Shown: positions 50,104 to 59,421 of the stretch, in pieces
How positions within the stretch are numbered: position 1 is the stretch's first letter
Layout of the letters: each line of letters begins with the position of its first letter
Source: an uncultured Chthonomonadaceae bacterium
GTDB taxonomy: Bacteria > Armatimonadota > Chthonomonadetes > Chthonomonadales > CAJBBX01
Length of the DNA stretch: 64,000 nt
Direction of reading: 5' to 3'
Assembly: GCA_964396385.1 (NCBI GenBank)
Contig: CAYNFH010000001.1
Location: 51,123 to 115,122 of the forward strand
Made by a program: the position numbers and the translations under genes
The notes under the pieces: model-generated
Told to the model about the DNA's origin: nothing
Seen by the model: only the letters and a program-made list of their open reading frames with translations
Database searches by the model: none

Positions 50104-50453
50104 CTTTGTCCGGCCCAGCCTGCGCCTTTAGGGGTGCAGAGCTCGGCAGCGGTTGGCTCGGCTTCACCGGATTCGAGCCGTGCGACCCTGAGAAGGTGGG
50201 CGGCGGGTACTTCGGCGCGGTGTAAGGCGAGGTAGTGGATGCAGAGGGAGTTGGTCTCTTCGCCGTTCGGGAGAACGTAGTCGCAGTTGGTGCTCCTGGC
50301 GCCGCAGCGGCAAACGTGGACTCCTCGCCAGGTTCTTGCCCGCGTCGCCATGCGGAACGCCGCGGTCATCCTGCGGGTTAGGTAGTCCACCACCGGTTCG
50401 GGCGAAGCCGGTCCGGCCGGCTCGATGTAGAGCAGTCTCTTCTCTGCAAGCAG
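50076..50453 (-). CDS. Hypothetical Cys/His-containing small protein; start uncertain (possible CTG after GGAGGTGA)
   Basis: ...EPVVDYLTRRMTAAFRMATRARTWRGVHVCRCGARSTNCDYVLPNGEETNSLCIHYLALHRAEVPAAHLLRVARL... is protein-like. The track ORF start at 50618 abuts the GH51 gene and its N-terminal part looks non-coding. Confidence 0.4.
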   Translation of the reverse strand: MLAEKRLLYIEPAGPASPEPVVDYLTRRMTAAFRMATRARTWRGVHVCRCGARSTNCDYVLPNGEETNSLCIHYLALHRAEVPAAHLLRVARLESGEAEPTAAELCTPKGAGWAGQRWKSHPESP

Positions 50454-50614
50454 GTTGTCACCTCCAGGTAGGGAAACGGCGCTCAGTTGCCGTCCGGCGT
50501 GAGGACCTTCCACTCGCGGACGCCCGAGGCCCGTTGGGGCTGCATCCGGATGACCAGGCGGAGGGGGCACTGGATCCCACGATACGTTATGCTCGCCGCA
50601 CTCGATGGCCGATG

Positions 50615-52138
50615 TCACGCTAACTCAATCGTCAGACGGGAGACGGAGGCGGGAGGGAGCGTGAAGACGGCGGAGCTCTGCTGGCCGCTGAATGCCACGT
50701 CCAGGGAGCGCCGGTCTACCTTTGCCGGCTCGTCGTGCGTGTTGTGCGCGCGGAGGTCCCCGGAAGGATAGCTCAGCCCGCGCGCCTGCGCCGACCGCGG
50801 CTGCGCCCCGCCCGAGAGGCTGAGCGCCGCCTCCACGCTCTCCCCGACGCTGGAGTTCACCAGCGTGAGGGTGAGGACCCGCTCCCGCAGGGAGGCAGAC
50901 CCCGAAAGCAGGGGCAGCTTTCGGGCCTTGCCCGCAACGGTGGAGTCGATCTCCGGGGCGTTCACCTCCGTTCGCACCGCCTTTGCGCCCTGGTGCGGTT
51001 TGTACAGGTCGTAGACGTGATAGGTGGGGGTCTTCAGCATCCGGCCGCCGTCGGTCAGGACCAGCGCTTGCAGCACGTTGATGGTCTGCGCGATGTTGGC
51101 CATGACGACCTTATCCGCATGGCGGTTGAAGATGTCCAGCGTCAGCGCGGCCACCAGAGCGTCGCGCACCGTGTTCTGCTGCCAGAGGAAGGCCGGGTTG
51201 CGGCCCGGGGCGGGGGGATGCCAGGTGCCCCACTCGTCCACGATCAGGCCGACCTTGCCCTCCGGGTCGAATTCATCCATCAGGGCGCGCTGCTCCACTA
51301 CGAGCGGCTCCATCTGGAGGGCGGCCGCCAGCATGCCGTACCACTGCGTCTCGTCGTATTCGGTCGCCGTGCCGTACTGGCCTTCCCGGTTCCAGGTGTA
51401 GTAGTGGGCCGCGTAGCCCTGCATGGCCGGGCTGTGGCCGTAGTCCCTGTACAGCTTCTCGAAGAGGCGGCGCGTCCAATCCAGGTCATGGCTGTTGGGA
51501 CCGCAGCCGATGAGATAGAGCCGGTCGGGACCCCAGTTGCGCAGAAAGCTGGCGAAGCGGCGGTACTCCGTGCCGTAATCCTCCGGCGTGAAGTGGCCGC
51601 CGCAGCCCCAGCTCTCGTTACCCACCCCCCAGTAGCGCACGTTGAACGGCTCCGGCGACCCATTGGCGGCCCGCTGCCGCGCCCAGGTACTGTCGCCGGG
51701 GAAGTTGCAGTACTCCACCCAGTTACGCATCTCCTGGGGCGAGCCGCTGCCTAGGTTGCCACAGACATAGGGCTGGGCGCCGACGGCGCGGCAGAAGGCG
51801 ATAAACTCGTGCGTGCCGAACTCGTTGGCCTCGATCACGTCGCCCCAGTGGATGTTGATCCGCCGCGGGCGCTGATCGCGCGGGCCGATGCCGTCCTGCC
51901 AGTGGTAGTCGTCGGCGAAGCAGCCGCCGGGCCAGCGGATTACCGGAGTGCCGACCTCTCGCAGTGCCGCGACCACGTCATTCCGGATGCCGCCCGTGTG
52001 GGCGATGGACTCGTGGTCGCCCACCCAGCATCCCTCCGTGATGCAGGTGCCCAGGTGCTCCATGAAGTGGCCGTAGATATTCGGGTTGATCGTGCCCACC
52101 GGCTCGTCGAGCAGTACGTCTATGGCTGCCTTGGCCAT
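50615..52138 (-). CDS. GH51 alpha-L-arabinofuranosidase
   Basis: ...INPNIYGHFMEHLG...IRWPGGCFADDYHW...YWGVGNESWGCGG.... Confidence 0.9.
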   Translation of the reverse strand: MAKAAIDVLLDEPVGTINPNIYGHFMEHLGTCITEGCWVGDHESIAHTGGIRNDVVAALREVGTPVIRWPGGCFADDYHWQDGIGPRDQRPRRINIHWGDVIEANEFGTHEFIAFCRAVGAQPYVCGNLGSGSPQEMRNWVEYCNFPGDSTWARQRAANGSPEPFNVRYWGVGNESWGCGGHFTPEDYGTEYRRFASFLRNWGPDRLYLIGCGPNSHDLDWTRRLFEKLYRDYGHSPAMQGYAAHYYTWNREGQYGTATEYDETQWYGMLAAALQMEPLVVEQRALMDEFDPEGKVGLIVDEWGTWHPPAPGRNPAFLWQQNTVRDALVAALTLDIFNRHADKVVMANIAQTINVLQALVLTDGGRMLKTPTYHVYDLYKPHQGAKAVRTEVNAPEIDSTVAGKARKLPLLSGSASLRERVLTLTLVNSSVGESVEAALSLSGGAQPRSAQARGLSYPSGDLRAHNTHDEPAKVDRRSLDVAFSGQQSSAVFTLPPASVSRLTIELA

Positions 52139-52311
52139 GCTGTGTCCGTTCCTCCGCGGTCAGTTGTTATGCCTCAAGTTCTGCGCCTGGTGAGTGGCTT
52201 CCCCTGTGTGAGCGAGGGAGGATTCGCGACCCGCCAGGGATAACCAGGCGGGCAGACAGAACGCGATTGGCGCGACGCTGTGGTTGAGCGAAACATACCG
52301 GGAGATGAGAG

Positions 52312-52806
52312 ATGCTGGAGACTTACCTGGATTTACTGGATCAGGACTTTTACGAGGCGAAGTTCGCGTTTGAGGGGCTGGCGGACGAGCACGTGTGGAA
52401 GCGGCCCGCTGAGGGGCTGCTCTCCGTGGGCGAAATCGCCGGACACATTGCGTACTGGGAGGCCATCAGGCTGGCGGGCGAGGGCGAAGATCTGTCGAAG
52501 TGCCGGGTGAGCAGTCTGCTGGTCGATAAGCGGTTCCGCTACTATCCGGATACGATAGCGACTCCGCCATCGCAGCAGCATCTGGCGATGACGGCGGAGC
52601 AGGTCTGCGCGGAGCTGCTCAGGGTGCACGAGGAGGGGGTGGCGCACTTGAAGGCACTGAACCCCGATCTGGGCAGCGCTGTTCCCGGATTAGGGCAGTG
52701 GACCTATGGCGGGCAGCTCAACTACCTGGTGTTCCACGTGGCGTACCACGTGGGCCAGATGTACTCCGCGCGCCACCTGCTGGGGGAAACGCCGCCGGAT
52801 AACTGA
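52312..52806 (+). CDS. DinB-superfamily protein
   Basis: Four-helix pattern with conserved His residues (...IAGHIAYWE..., ...VFHVAYHVGQM...). Confidence 0.75.
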   Translation: MLETYLDLLDQDFYEAKFAFEGLADEHVWKRPAEGLLSVGEIAGHIAYWEAIRLAGEGEDLSKCRVSSLLVDKRFRYYPDTIATPPSQQHLAMTAEQVCAELLRVHEEGVAHLKALNPDLGSAVPGLGQWTYGGQLNYLVFHVAYHVGQMYSARHLLGETPPDN

Positions 52807-52840
52807 TCAGATGATGGTGGCAAGGCAGACAGGGCACATG

Positions 52841-53035
52841 TCAGACCTCGTACCGGTCGTGGCGCCGGACCCAGTCCATGGGACTCTCCTCGTTCCTTCC
52901 CAGCGGAGTGAGGTCCAAGAAGTTGTATGTTCCGATCAGCAGGTCGAGCCCGCGCTCGTAGGTGGAGTAGGTGCGATAGACGTTTCCCTGGTCATCCTTG
53001 AAGAAGACCGATAGCCCACGAAAGAAGGGAACGGC
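52841..53035 (-). pseudogene. C-terminal ~60 aa remnant of a DUF899 (thioredoxin-like) protein
   Basis: Hand translation ...PFFRGLSVFFKDDQGNVYRTYSTYERGLDLLIGTYNFLDLTPLGRNEESPMDWVRRHDRYEV* matches the DUF899 C-terminus. An in-frame stop lies at 53048-53050, and the upstream part is replaced by the MFS gene. Confidence 0.6.
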
Positions 53036-53037
53036 GC

Positions 53038-54420
53038 GTGCAACAAATCATCGGGGCAACGCCATCATCTCAGGGCGGTGGGGCGCGCTATGCCTGGGCC
53101 ATCGTCGGCATGCTCTGGCTCGTCTGTTTCTTCAACTACGCAGACCGGATGGCCGTGTTCTCCGTGTTTCCGGTGCTTGAGAAGCAGTTCCATTTCACGA
53201 AAGCGCAACTTGCGCTTATCGGTACGGCCTTCTCCTGGGTCTATGGAGCGATGGCACCGTTCGCGGGTCACGTCGGCGATCGGAATCCCCGCAAGCTGGT
53301 TGTTCTGGGCGGCCTTGCGGTCTGGAGCGTCATTACCGGCCTGACGGCTCAGTGCAGCCGCCTCTGGCACTTTGTTGCGGTGCGCGGCGCGGAGGGGCTG
53401 GGCGAGACGTTCTACTTCCCGGCCTCCATGGCCCTCATCAGTGACTATCACACTCCCGCGACACGGTCTCGGGCCATCGGGCTGCACCAGACCAGCATCT
53501 ACGCGGGAACGATCTGCGGCGGGGCCGTGGCCGGATGGATGGCGCAGGACTTCGGCTGGCAGTCTCCCTTCTGGGCGCTCGCCGCAGCCGGCGTGCTGCT
53601 CAGCCTCATCCTTGCCCGGTACATTCGGGAGCCGCAACGCAATCAGGCGGAGCGGGCGCTGATGCTCGAACCCGCCAGCGCGAATGGGGAGCACCAGGCG
53701 CCCGCCCTCAGGTTCATCGCAGATCTCGTTCACACCCCCACCGCCATGCTGCTGCTGGCGGCCTATTTCGGCGCGAACATGGTCATGCTGATCTTCCTGA
53801 CCTGGACGCCGACCTATCTCAACGAGCGGTTTGGCAAGTCCGTTGCGGTATCCGCGGTGGAGGCGGTGCTGTTCATTCAAGTGGCGAGCATCGTGGGCGC
53901 CGCGGTGGGCGGGGCGGCCGCGGACCACTTCGTGCGGCAGCGGACCGATGGGCGCATCAGGGTCCAGGCGGCCGCCATCGTGATGGCGGTTCCCGTGGTG
54001 TTTGCCTGCGGTCGCACGCCGGTGCACGCGGTTCTCCTGCTCTCCCTGCTGCTCTTCGGCTTCTTCAAAGGGATCTACGATTCGAACCTGACGGCGGCCT
54101 ATTACGACGTGATACACCCGGACCGGCGCGGCACGGCCACGGGGATCATGAACATGCTGGGCTGGCTGGCGGCGGGGCTGGGAACGCTCCTCTTCGGCAT
54201 CGCGGTGGACCACGGCGTGACCATGGGCGCGGCGATCTCCTCCACCGCCGTCGTCTACGTTCTCGTGGCGGTGGCGCTGCTTGCGGCGGGGCGGACCGTG
54301 TCGGGGGATATTCGACCGTTGCTTGTCATTCCGACCGGAGGGAGGAATCTGGCCTCGGGGACAGAGCGGCCAGATTCTTCGCTGTCGCTCCCAAGAAACA
54401 CCGTAGACACAGAGTACTGA
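53038..54420 (+). CDS. MFS transporter (anion:cation symporter-like)
   Basis: ...WLVCFFNYADRMAVFSVFPVLEKQFHFT...GHVGDR... and 12 TM segments. GTG start. Confidence 0.8.
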   Translation: MQQIIGATPSSQGGGARYAWAIVGMLWLVCFFNYADRMAVFSVFPVLEKQFHFTKAQLALIGTAFSWVYGAMAPFAGHVGDRNPRKLVVLGGLAVWSVITGLTAQCSRLWHFVAVRGAEGLGETFYFPASMALISDYHTPATRSRAIGLHQTSIYAGTICGGAVAGWMAQDFGWQSPFWALAAAGVLLSLILARYIREPQRNQAERALMLEPASANGEHQAPALRFIADLVHTPTAMLLLAAYFGANMVMLIFLTWTPTYLNERFGKSVAVSAVEAVLFIQVASIVGAAVGGAAADHFVRQRTDGRIRVQAAAIVMAVPVVFACGRTPVHAVLLLSLLLFGFFKGIYDSNLTAAYYDVIHPDRRGTATGIMNMLGWLAAGLGTLLFGIAVDHGVTMGAAISSTAVVYVLVAVALLAAGRTVSGDIRPLLVIPTGGRNLASGTERPDSSLSLPRNTVDTEY

Positions 54421-54517
54421 ACACGGGGCCCGTCCCGTCGCACTACTCGGAATGACAACGGGGCCGCGGGAATGACGGCTCTTGGCGCCTTAGCTTGCGA
54501 TAGTCGCCGCTCAAGCG

Positions 54518-55783
54518 CTATCGCATCACCTCTTTCCACTCCGGCGGCACCGGCATGGGCCTGTAGGAGATGTCGAGGTCGGGGGTAGCTATCTGGGGGA
54601 TTCCACGGTAGCGGCACTCCACGGCGTAGGCCAGTATTCCGGTCGTAAGGTAGGTTCGCGGACCGGAGGCAGCGGACGGCTTGCCGGTGAGGTACATCTC
54701 CTCTAGCGCGCGGACTGTAGAGGAGAAGTGCTTCAGGCGAGGTACGGGATCGAGGAAGTAAGAGGCGGCGACGATCTCCTTGCCGCCGCGCTTACGGTAG
54801 GCGAAGCTGAACTCTTCGCAGTAGCCGTTGGCAAGCAGTACCACCATCCGCTGCCCGTCTCGGTACTGGATGTCGTAGGCATAGACCTCCGAGGTATAGT
54901 CCTGGGGCCTCCCTCTGGGCTTCTTCACGCTTGCCAGGGCGGCGTCCGCGATGTCCCGCGGCCAGGCGCCGGCTTCGTGGGCGCGCCAGACATCGGCGCC
55001 GCGCAAGACGCCGACGCTTGCCACGCCGGTCTCACCCCCGGCGCGGCGCTCCACGATGTGCTGGCCTGTCTCCAGCGCGTGAAAGCCGTACGACTCGAAG
55101 CCGCCGTAGCCCACGGCGACGACTGTATCCAGCGGAGTGCCGTGCGGGAGCGGGACGAGCGGCTCGTACTTCGCGAAGGGAAGACTGCTTCCTGCCATCC
55201 ACGGGATATGCATCTGGCGGATGGTCCGCCACATGTACTTGGCCCAGGCCCAGTTCCACGACATGTGCTTGTCGTTGAAGACGGGCACGATGCGGCCGGA
55301 CTGGCGGAAGACGCCGATCACCTGATCGAAGATCTCGCGGCGTGGGTAGAGCTGCTGGCCCTTCTCGTTCAGCGAGTAGGTGCCATGCTCGCCGATGATT
55401 ACCACGCCATCGACCGCCAGCGTATCTACGCCCCGGCAGAGCGCCGTCGCCACAGAAGGGTACATGGGCACGTTGTGCTTCTTGGCCGTGGCAACCCCCA
55501 CGTCATCCTCGGAGATCTCTTTGAGGTGGATGGCGACCACTTCGCAGCGCGGCGGCTCGTAGTGGTCGTCGTACTGCTTCCCTTCCAGGAATTTGGTGCA
55601 GTAGCAGACGCCATGGCTGGTGGCGCCGTACTGGGTGAGGATGACGGCGAGCCTGGGCTTCGAGACCGGGCGCGATGGGCCAGAAGACCTGGCAGCGGCT
55701 GCTACCTCGCTGCCCAGCGCCATGCCGGCCCCGGCCGTCAGGAGCTCCCGTCGCGATGGAAGGATGGGGTCTCTTCGGGACAT
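54518..55783 (-). CDS. Conserved hypothetical protein with a Tat-type signal
   Basis: SRRELLTAGAGMALG... leader; 421 aa with protein-like composition. Family not recognised. Confidence 0.6.
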   Translation of the reverse strand: MSRRDPILPSRRELLTAGAGMALGSEVAAAARSSGPSRPVSKPRLAVILTQYGATSHGVCYCTKFLEGKQYDDHYEPPRCEVVAIHLKEISEDDVGVATAKKHNVPMYPSVATALCRGVDTLAVDGVVIIGEHGTYSLNEKGQQLYPRREIFDQVIGVFRQSGRIVPVFNDKHMSWNWAWAKYMWRTIRQMHIPWMAGSSLPFAKYEPLVPLPHGTPLDTVVAVGYGGFESYGFHALETGQHIVERRAGGETGVASVGVLRGADVWRAHEAGAWPRDIADAALASVKKPRGRPQDYTSEVYAYDIQYRDGQRMVVLLANGYCEEFSFAYRKRGGKEIVAASYFLDPVPRLKHFSSTVRALEEMYLTGKPSAASGPRTYLTTGILAYAVECRYRGIPQIATPDLDISYRPMPVPPEWKEVMR

Positions 55784-55851
55784 ACGAAGCGTGTATTCGA
55801 CGGCCTTGGCCGGCTACCTTCCGCGGCAAGGCAGGACGGTATACTCCACCC

Positions 55852-56142
55852 ATGGACATGGAGTTTGATGGCGAGATCTGGTACTGGAAGGGGCCGGCGC
55901 CCTTCTACTTCGTGACTATGCCGGCTAAGGAGAGCCGGGAGCTGAAAGAGATATCGGAGCTGCTGACCTATGGGTGGGGGGTGATTCCCGTGAGTGTTCG
56001 TATCGGAGCCACCGAATGGAAGACCTCCCTGTTTCCCAAAGAGGGCCGTTACCTGGTGCCCATCAAAGACAGCGTCCGAAAGGCGGAGAATCTGGAGGAA
56101 GGCGACCGGGTGACCATTCGGCTCATCGCCGAGCGACGATGA
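55852..56142 (+). CDS. DUF1905 domain protein
   Basis: MDMEFDGEIWYWKGPAPFYFVTMP...GWGVIPVSVRIGATEWKTSLFPKEGRYLVPIK...GDRVTIRL. Confidence 0.75.
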   Translation: MDMEFDGEIWYWKGPAPFYFVTMPAKESRELKEISELLTYGWGVIPVSVRIGATEWKTSLFPKEGRYLVPIKDSVRKAENLEEGDRVTIRLIAERR

Positions 56143-56249
56143 CCTGGAGCGGGTTTAGTGCGAGATACGCGCGAGTCTCTGGACGGAACTCCGCCATCTG
56201 CTTGTCCGTCCAGAAACCCCACGCGTGTGTGATCGTAATCACGCCGGGC

Positions 56250-58520
56250 TCAGGGAATGTAGTACAGAGCTTCCGGCAGTGGACTGCCGATAGGTGTCTC
56301 AAAGAACCTGGCCGGCTCAGGGTGTATCACTATGGCGCCATCCGAGGCGAAGAATGCCGTGATCTGGCTCTGGGCTCCCAGGGCGATATCCCGGAAGGCT
56401 GGTAGTCCGATACTGGTCAGAAAGGCGTGCGGAACCTTCGGCAGCAGAGGGTTCTCCGCAAACGCAAGGTCGTGGCGGTAGTAGGTGGCGCAGTCGGCCA
56501 GCGCCCCCGCACGCAGTATTGCCGTGCTCGCCGGATTCGGAACGACCTGGTCTCCCTTGGCGAACTGGACGATCACGGACTTCCGAGGACCCCCCGACAG
56601 GGGACTCTTCCGAAGGTATGGCGCATACGCCACGGGATTGCCGGACTGCGAGACCCACTCGGTGCGCTCAAACACCTCCTGGAGCTGCATGGCCCCCGCG
56701 ACCGTGTTGGTCACCGGCGATTGAATCACGCGGTCTGTTCCGTCCGCGAGACGGACCGGGAGCGGAACTCCGTCTCGCAGCGGCATGTTCTCGTCAAAGC
56801 GAGGCCCGGCTACAGATACCCCGGCAACCTGAGTAACCCCGGGGACATTCAGGAGCGAGGGCACACGCGAGGCGAGCGCCGCGCCGACGGACGCGCGGTT
56901 GATGGCCGACAGCCGAGAGCTTTCGATGGCCGATCCCCCGGGCACGTTGAGCACGCCCGCCCGCACGTCCGGCTCCACGGCCAGGAATTCGGTACCGTAG
57001 ATCCCGCCGAGCGACTGTCCGAAGTAGTAGATGCGGGAAGGATCAAGATCCGCAAGGCCGTCGCCGTCCACATCTATACCCACTTCGATGACCCGAACTA
57101 GCTGCATCAGGTCCGCGACCGTCTGCTGCTGGCCGTCGCGATCCCGAATAATCGAGCGCGGAGCGACAGCCTGGATGCCTTCGCTATTCCCGATGACGCC
57201 GTCACCGTTCTGGTCGGTCCCTCGCCCGCCCGCTGGGAGTATCACTGGATCGCCCGCAGTCTGGCTGATGGTCAGCGTTCCGAGAGGACCGAAGCCGTGA
57301 CCCACTGCATTAATCGCTATAGTTGCGATTCCTCTATCAGCCAGAGTGGCTGCAACGGCCAGTGAGCCCCAGCTAAACGGGATTCCTCCCTGCTTGCTGC
57401 CCCCAAGGCCGTGGCCGTAAATCGCTACGGGCCACCCGGCCGCCGGAGGCGTACCGGAAGGCACGTAGAGATTGAAGTAGATTTCGTTCGTTCCCTGGAC
57501 AACCGGGACTCCGGTCCTGGTTGCGACCGGTGGGATGTAGCCGTCCACCGTCTCGTAGTTGGGAGAGAGGTATTTTCCAAACGCAATCCGGCCCACGGCC
57601 CCGGGAATGATCCGCAGAAGGTCGACAGGATGCGCGGACGCAGTGAATTTCGGCGGGTTATCCCCGGTCTGCTGGTTGACGGTGATGCCTGTCACTTGAT
57701 CCAGCGAATACACTGCCCGGGCTCCCCCAGGGCCTATCCTGAATTCCGCGGGATCGGGCGTGGCCGCCTTGATCTGGTCGCGGATCTTCTCCAGCCCCGC
57801 CGTAACGCTCATCGTGGTGAAAACGCTGGCAGTAACTACATCCTTTGGCTGGATTCCGAGCTGCTCGGCAAGCTCCAGCGCGTCGATCAGCGACTTTCGG
57901 TACTTCTTGTCGGCGGCGTCGCCATCCTGTCCGTTGTTCAGATCCTGCTTGAATCGCCGGAAGCTATCGCTGGCCTCGACCGGTGCCCCGGACAAGTCGT
58001 GAATGCCGCTGGTCACCAGCAGCACATAACGGGTGTGCTGGTTCAGAAGCTCATCCGACTCTACGTTCAGCGAATTCGATGCCGGGTCCCACACGACCTG
58101 ATTGATGCCCACTATCTGTCCGCCGGGCCCCGAATCCTGGAGCGCGTCGCCGAGGCAGATGAGGAGGACGGCGCTGCTTGTAACCGTCGACGGATCGATC
58201 GAGCCGTCGAAAGGGATCGAGAGCCGGGGTTGCAGATTGAAACCGTCCAGCGTATTGAGAACGCCGACGTCCTGATAGTCGGAAGGGGACGCGACCGGGT
58301 CAGGATAGGGCAGATTCACACGGCGGCCCGTGTTCTGGCTCGCATCCGGGACCGTGAACCTATCGCTGGGGAACGGGCCGCCGGCGGGGGCGGACAGGTC
58401 GAAGAGGGCGTGAATCGCCTGGTCTTCGGTCCGGCCCGGCAGCGTAGTCGTTACCATCAGAATGGTGACCGCCAGAGAGAGCATTCCGGCGCGCGAAAGT
58501 CCTGCTGTTAGTGTGTGCAT
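56250..58520 (-). CDS. Secreted alpha/beta-hydrolase (lipase/esterase-like) with an N-terminal Ig-like region and DxDxDG-type loops
   Basis: Signal peptide. GHGLGGSK and GQSLGGIYG (GxSxG). DQNGDGVIGN and DVDGDGLADLD look like Ca-binding motifs. Confidence 0.65.
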   Translation of the reverse strand: MHTLTAGLSRAGMLSLAVTILMVTTTLPGRTEDQAIHALFDLSAPAGGPFPSDRFTVPDASQNTGRRVNLPYPDPVASPSDYQDVGVLNTLDGFNLQPRLSIPFDGSIDPSTVTSSAVLLICLGDALQDSGPGGQIVGINQVVWDPASNSLNVESDELLNQHTRYVLLVTSGIHDLSGAPVEASDSFRRFKQDLNNGQDGDAADKKYRKSLIDALELAEQLGIQPKDVVTASVFTTMSVTAGLEKIRDQIKAATPDPAEFRIGPGGARAVYSLDQVTGITVNQQTGDNPPKFTASAHPVDLLRIIPGAVGRIAFGKYLSPNYETVDGYIPPVATRTGVPVVQGTNEIYFNLYVPSGTPPAAGWPVAIYGHGLGGSKQGGIPFSWGSLAVAATLADRGIATIAINAVGHGFGPLGTLTISQTAGDPVILPAGGRGTDQNGDGVIGNSEGIQAVAPRSIIRDRDGQQQTVADLMQLVRVIEVGIDVDGDGLADLDPSRIYYFGQSLGGIYGTEFLAVEPDVRAGVLNVPGGSAIESSRLSAINRASVGAALASRVPSLLNVPGVTQVAGVSVAGPRFDENMPLRDGVPLPVRLADGTDRVIQSPVTNTVAGAMQLQEVFERTEWVSQSGNPVAYAPYLRKSPLSGGPRKSVIVQFAKGDQVVPNPASTAILRAGALADCATYYRHDLAFAENPLLPKVPHAFLTSIGLPAFRDIALGAQSQITAFFASDGAIVIHPEPARFFETPIGSPLPEALYYIP

Positions 58521-58552
58521 ATTCGTCTCCAGTTGGTTCCCTGTGGTCTGCC

Positions 58553-59110
58553 TCAGCGCCTGTTGGACACTATGTGGTTGGAGTAACCGCTCGCCCGTTT
58601 TGCCTTGCTGGAAGAACCGGGGGAAGAGATGCTCCCCTCAAAGCTGCCGAAAGTCGTGCCGGCGACGGTGTCAAACAAGCGCATGACGGTAAAGCTCCCC
58701 GTGGCGTCGGCGAACCGCCCCGTGCCGCCGGTGATGGTCGCGACCTCAACGATCGAGAGGACACCGGGCGTCGCAGTTGGACTGGCGTGGCCGGTGAACT
58801 CGGCGGTCAGCGTGTCGCCGTTGGCCGCCGTGAATTCGTAGGACCCGGTCGCCGTCCTGGTCACCCGGTTCACCAGGTGTGGGACGTCGAGCGTGAACTG
58901 GCCCAGTTGGGTGGCGTTTCCCGTGGCCTTGACCAAAACGGAATCCGTCGAGGGGTCGACCGGGGTTCGGGTAACCACTCCGTCCAGGCGGCCCTGGAAA
59001 GGTACCTGGTCTCCTGCCTTCGCGGGGCCGGCGAGGCCCGCTACGGCCGCGACTGCCAGCGCGATTCTGCCGGCGGAAACGGCGGCGCGGATTAGTCTGG
59101 CATGCTTCAT
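58553..59110 (-). CDS. Secreted small beta-rich hypothetical protein
   Basis: Signal peptide ...ALAVAAVAGLAGPAKA. GGAGGAG lies 6 nt upstream of the ATG. 33-nt gap to the downstream hydrolase gene. Confidence 0.55.
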   Translation of the reverse strand: MKHARLIRAAVSAGRIALAVAAVAGLAGPAKAGDQVPFQGRLDGVVTRTPVDPSTDSVLVKATGNATQLGQFTLDVPHLVNRVTRTATGSYEFTAANGDTLTAEFTGHASPTATPGVLSIVEVATITGGTGRFADATGSFTVMRLFDTVAGTTFGSFEGSISSPGSSSKAKRASGYSNHIVSNRR

Positions 59111-59421
59111 CTTCTGTTCTCCTCCACGTGGTATACACGGACCATTTGTCCGTGCTCATCACAGCTCGGGGAGTCGACTGAGCTCCGCCTGCCATGAATG
59201 TAGCGACACTCTAGCAGGCGAGCGTTAAGCCAGCGCATAGGGAACGTCCAACCTTCGTCCAATCTCCAGAGAAACACCGGCGGCACTCCAGGATGCCCGC
59301 AAGAACGGGCGGCGCAGCATGTGATGTTGCCCGTTAGAGCGTGGTGAGATTAAACGCTGCGTTTACAGCCAGGAAACGAAGAGGGAATAGAGGGTCCTAA
59401 CAGAGCACAGAGAAGGGGGAC

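Noticed and set aside
56143-56252. Short minus-strand frame VITITHAWGFWTDKQMAEFRPETRAYLALNPLQ... between the hydrolase and DUF1905 genes
   Set aside because: It spans only about 39 codons, overlaps the DUF1905 3' end and has no recognisable family. It may be a gene stub, but this is unsupported.
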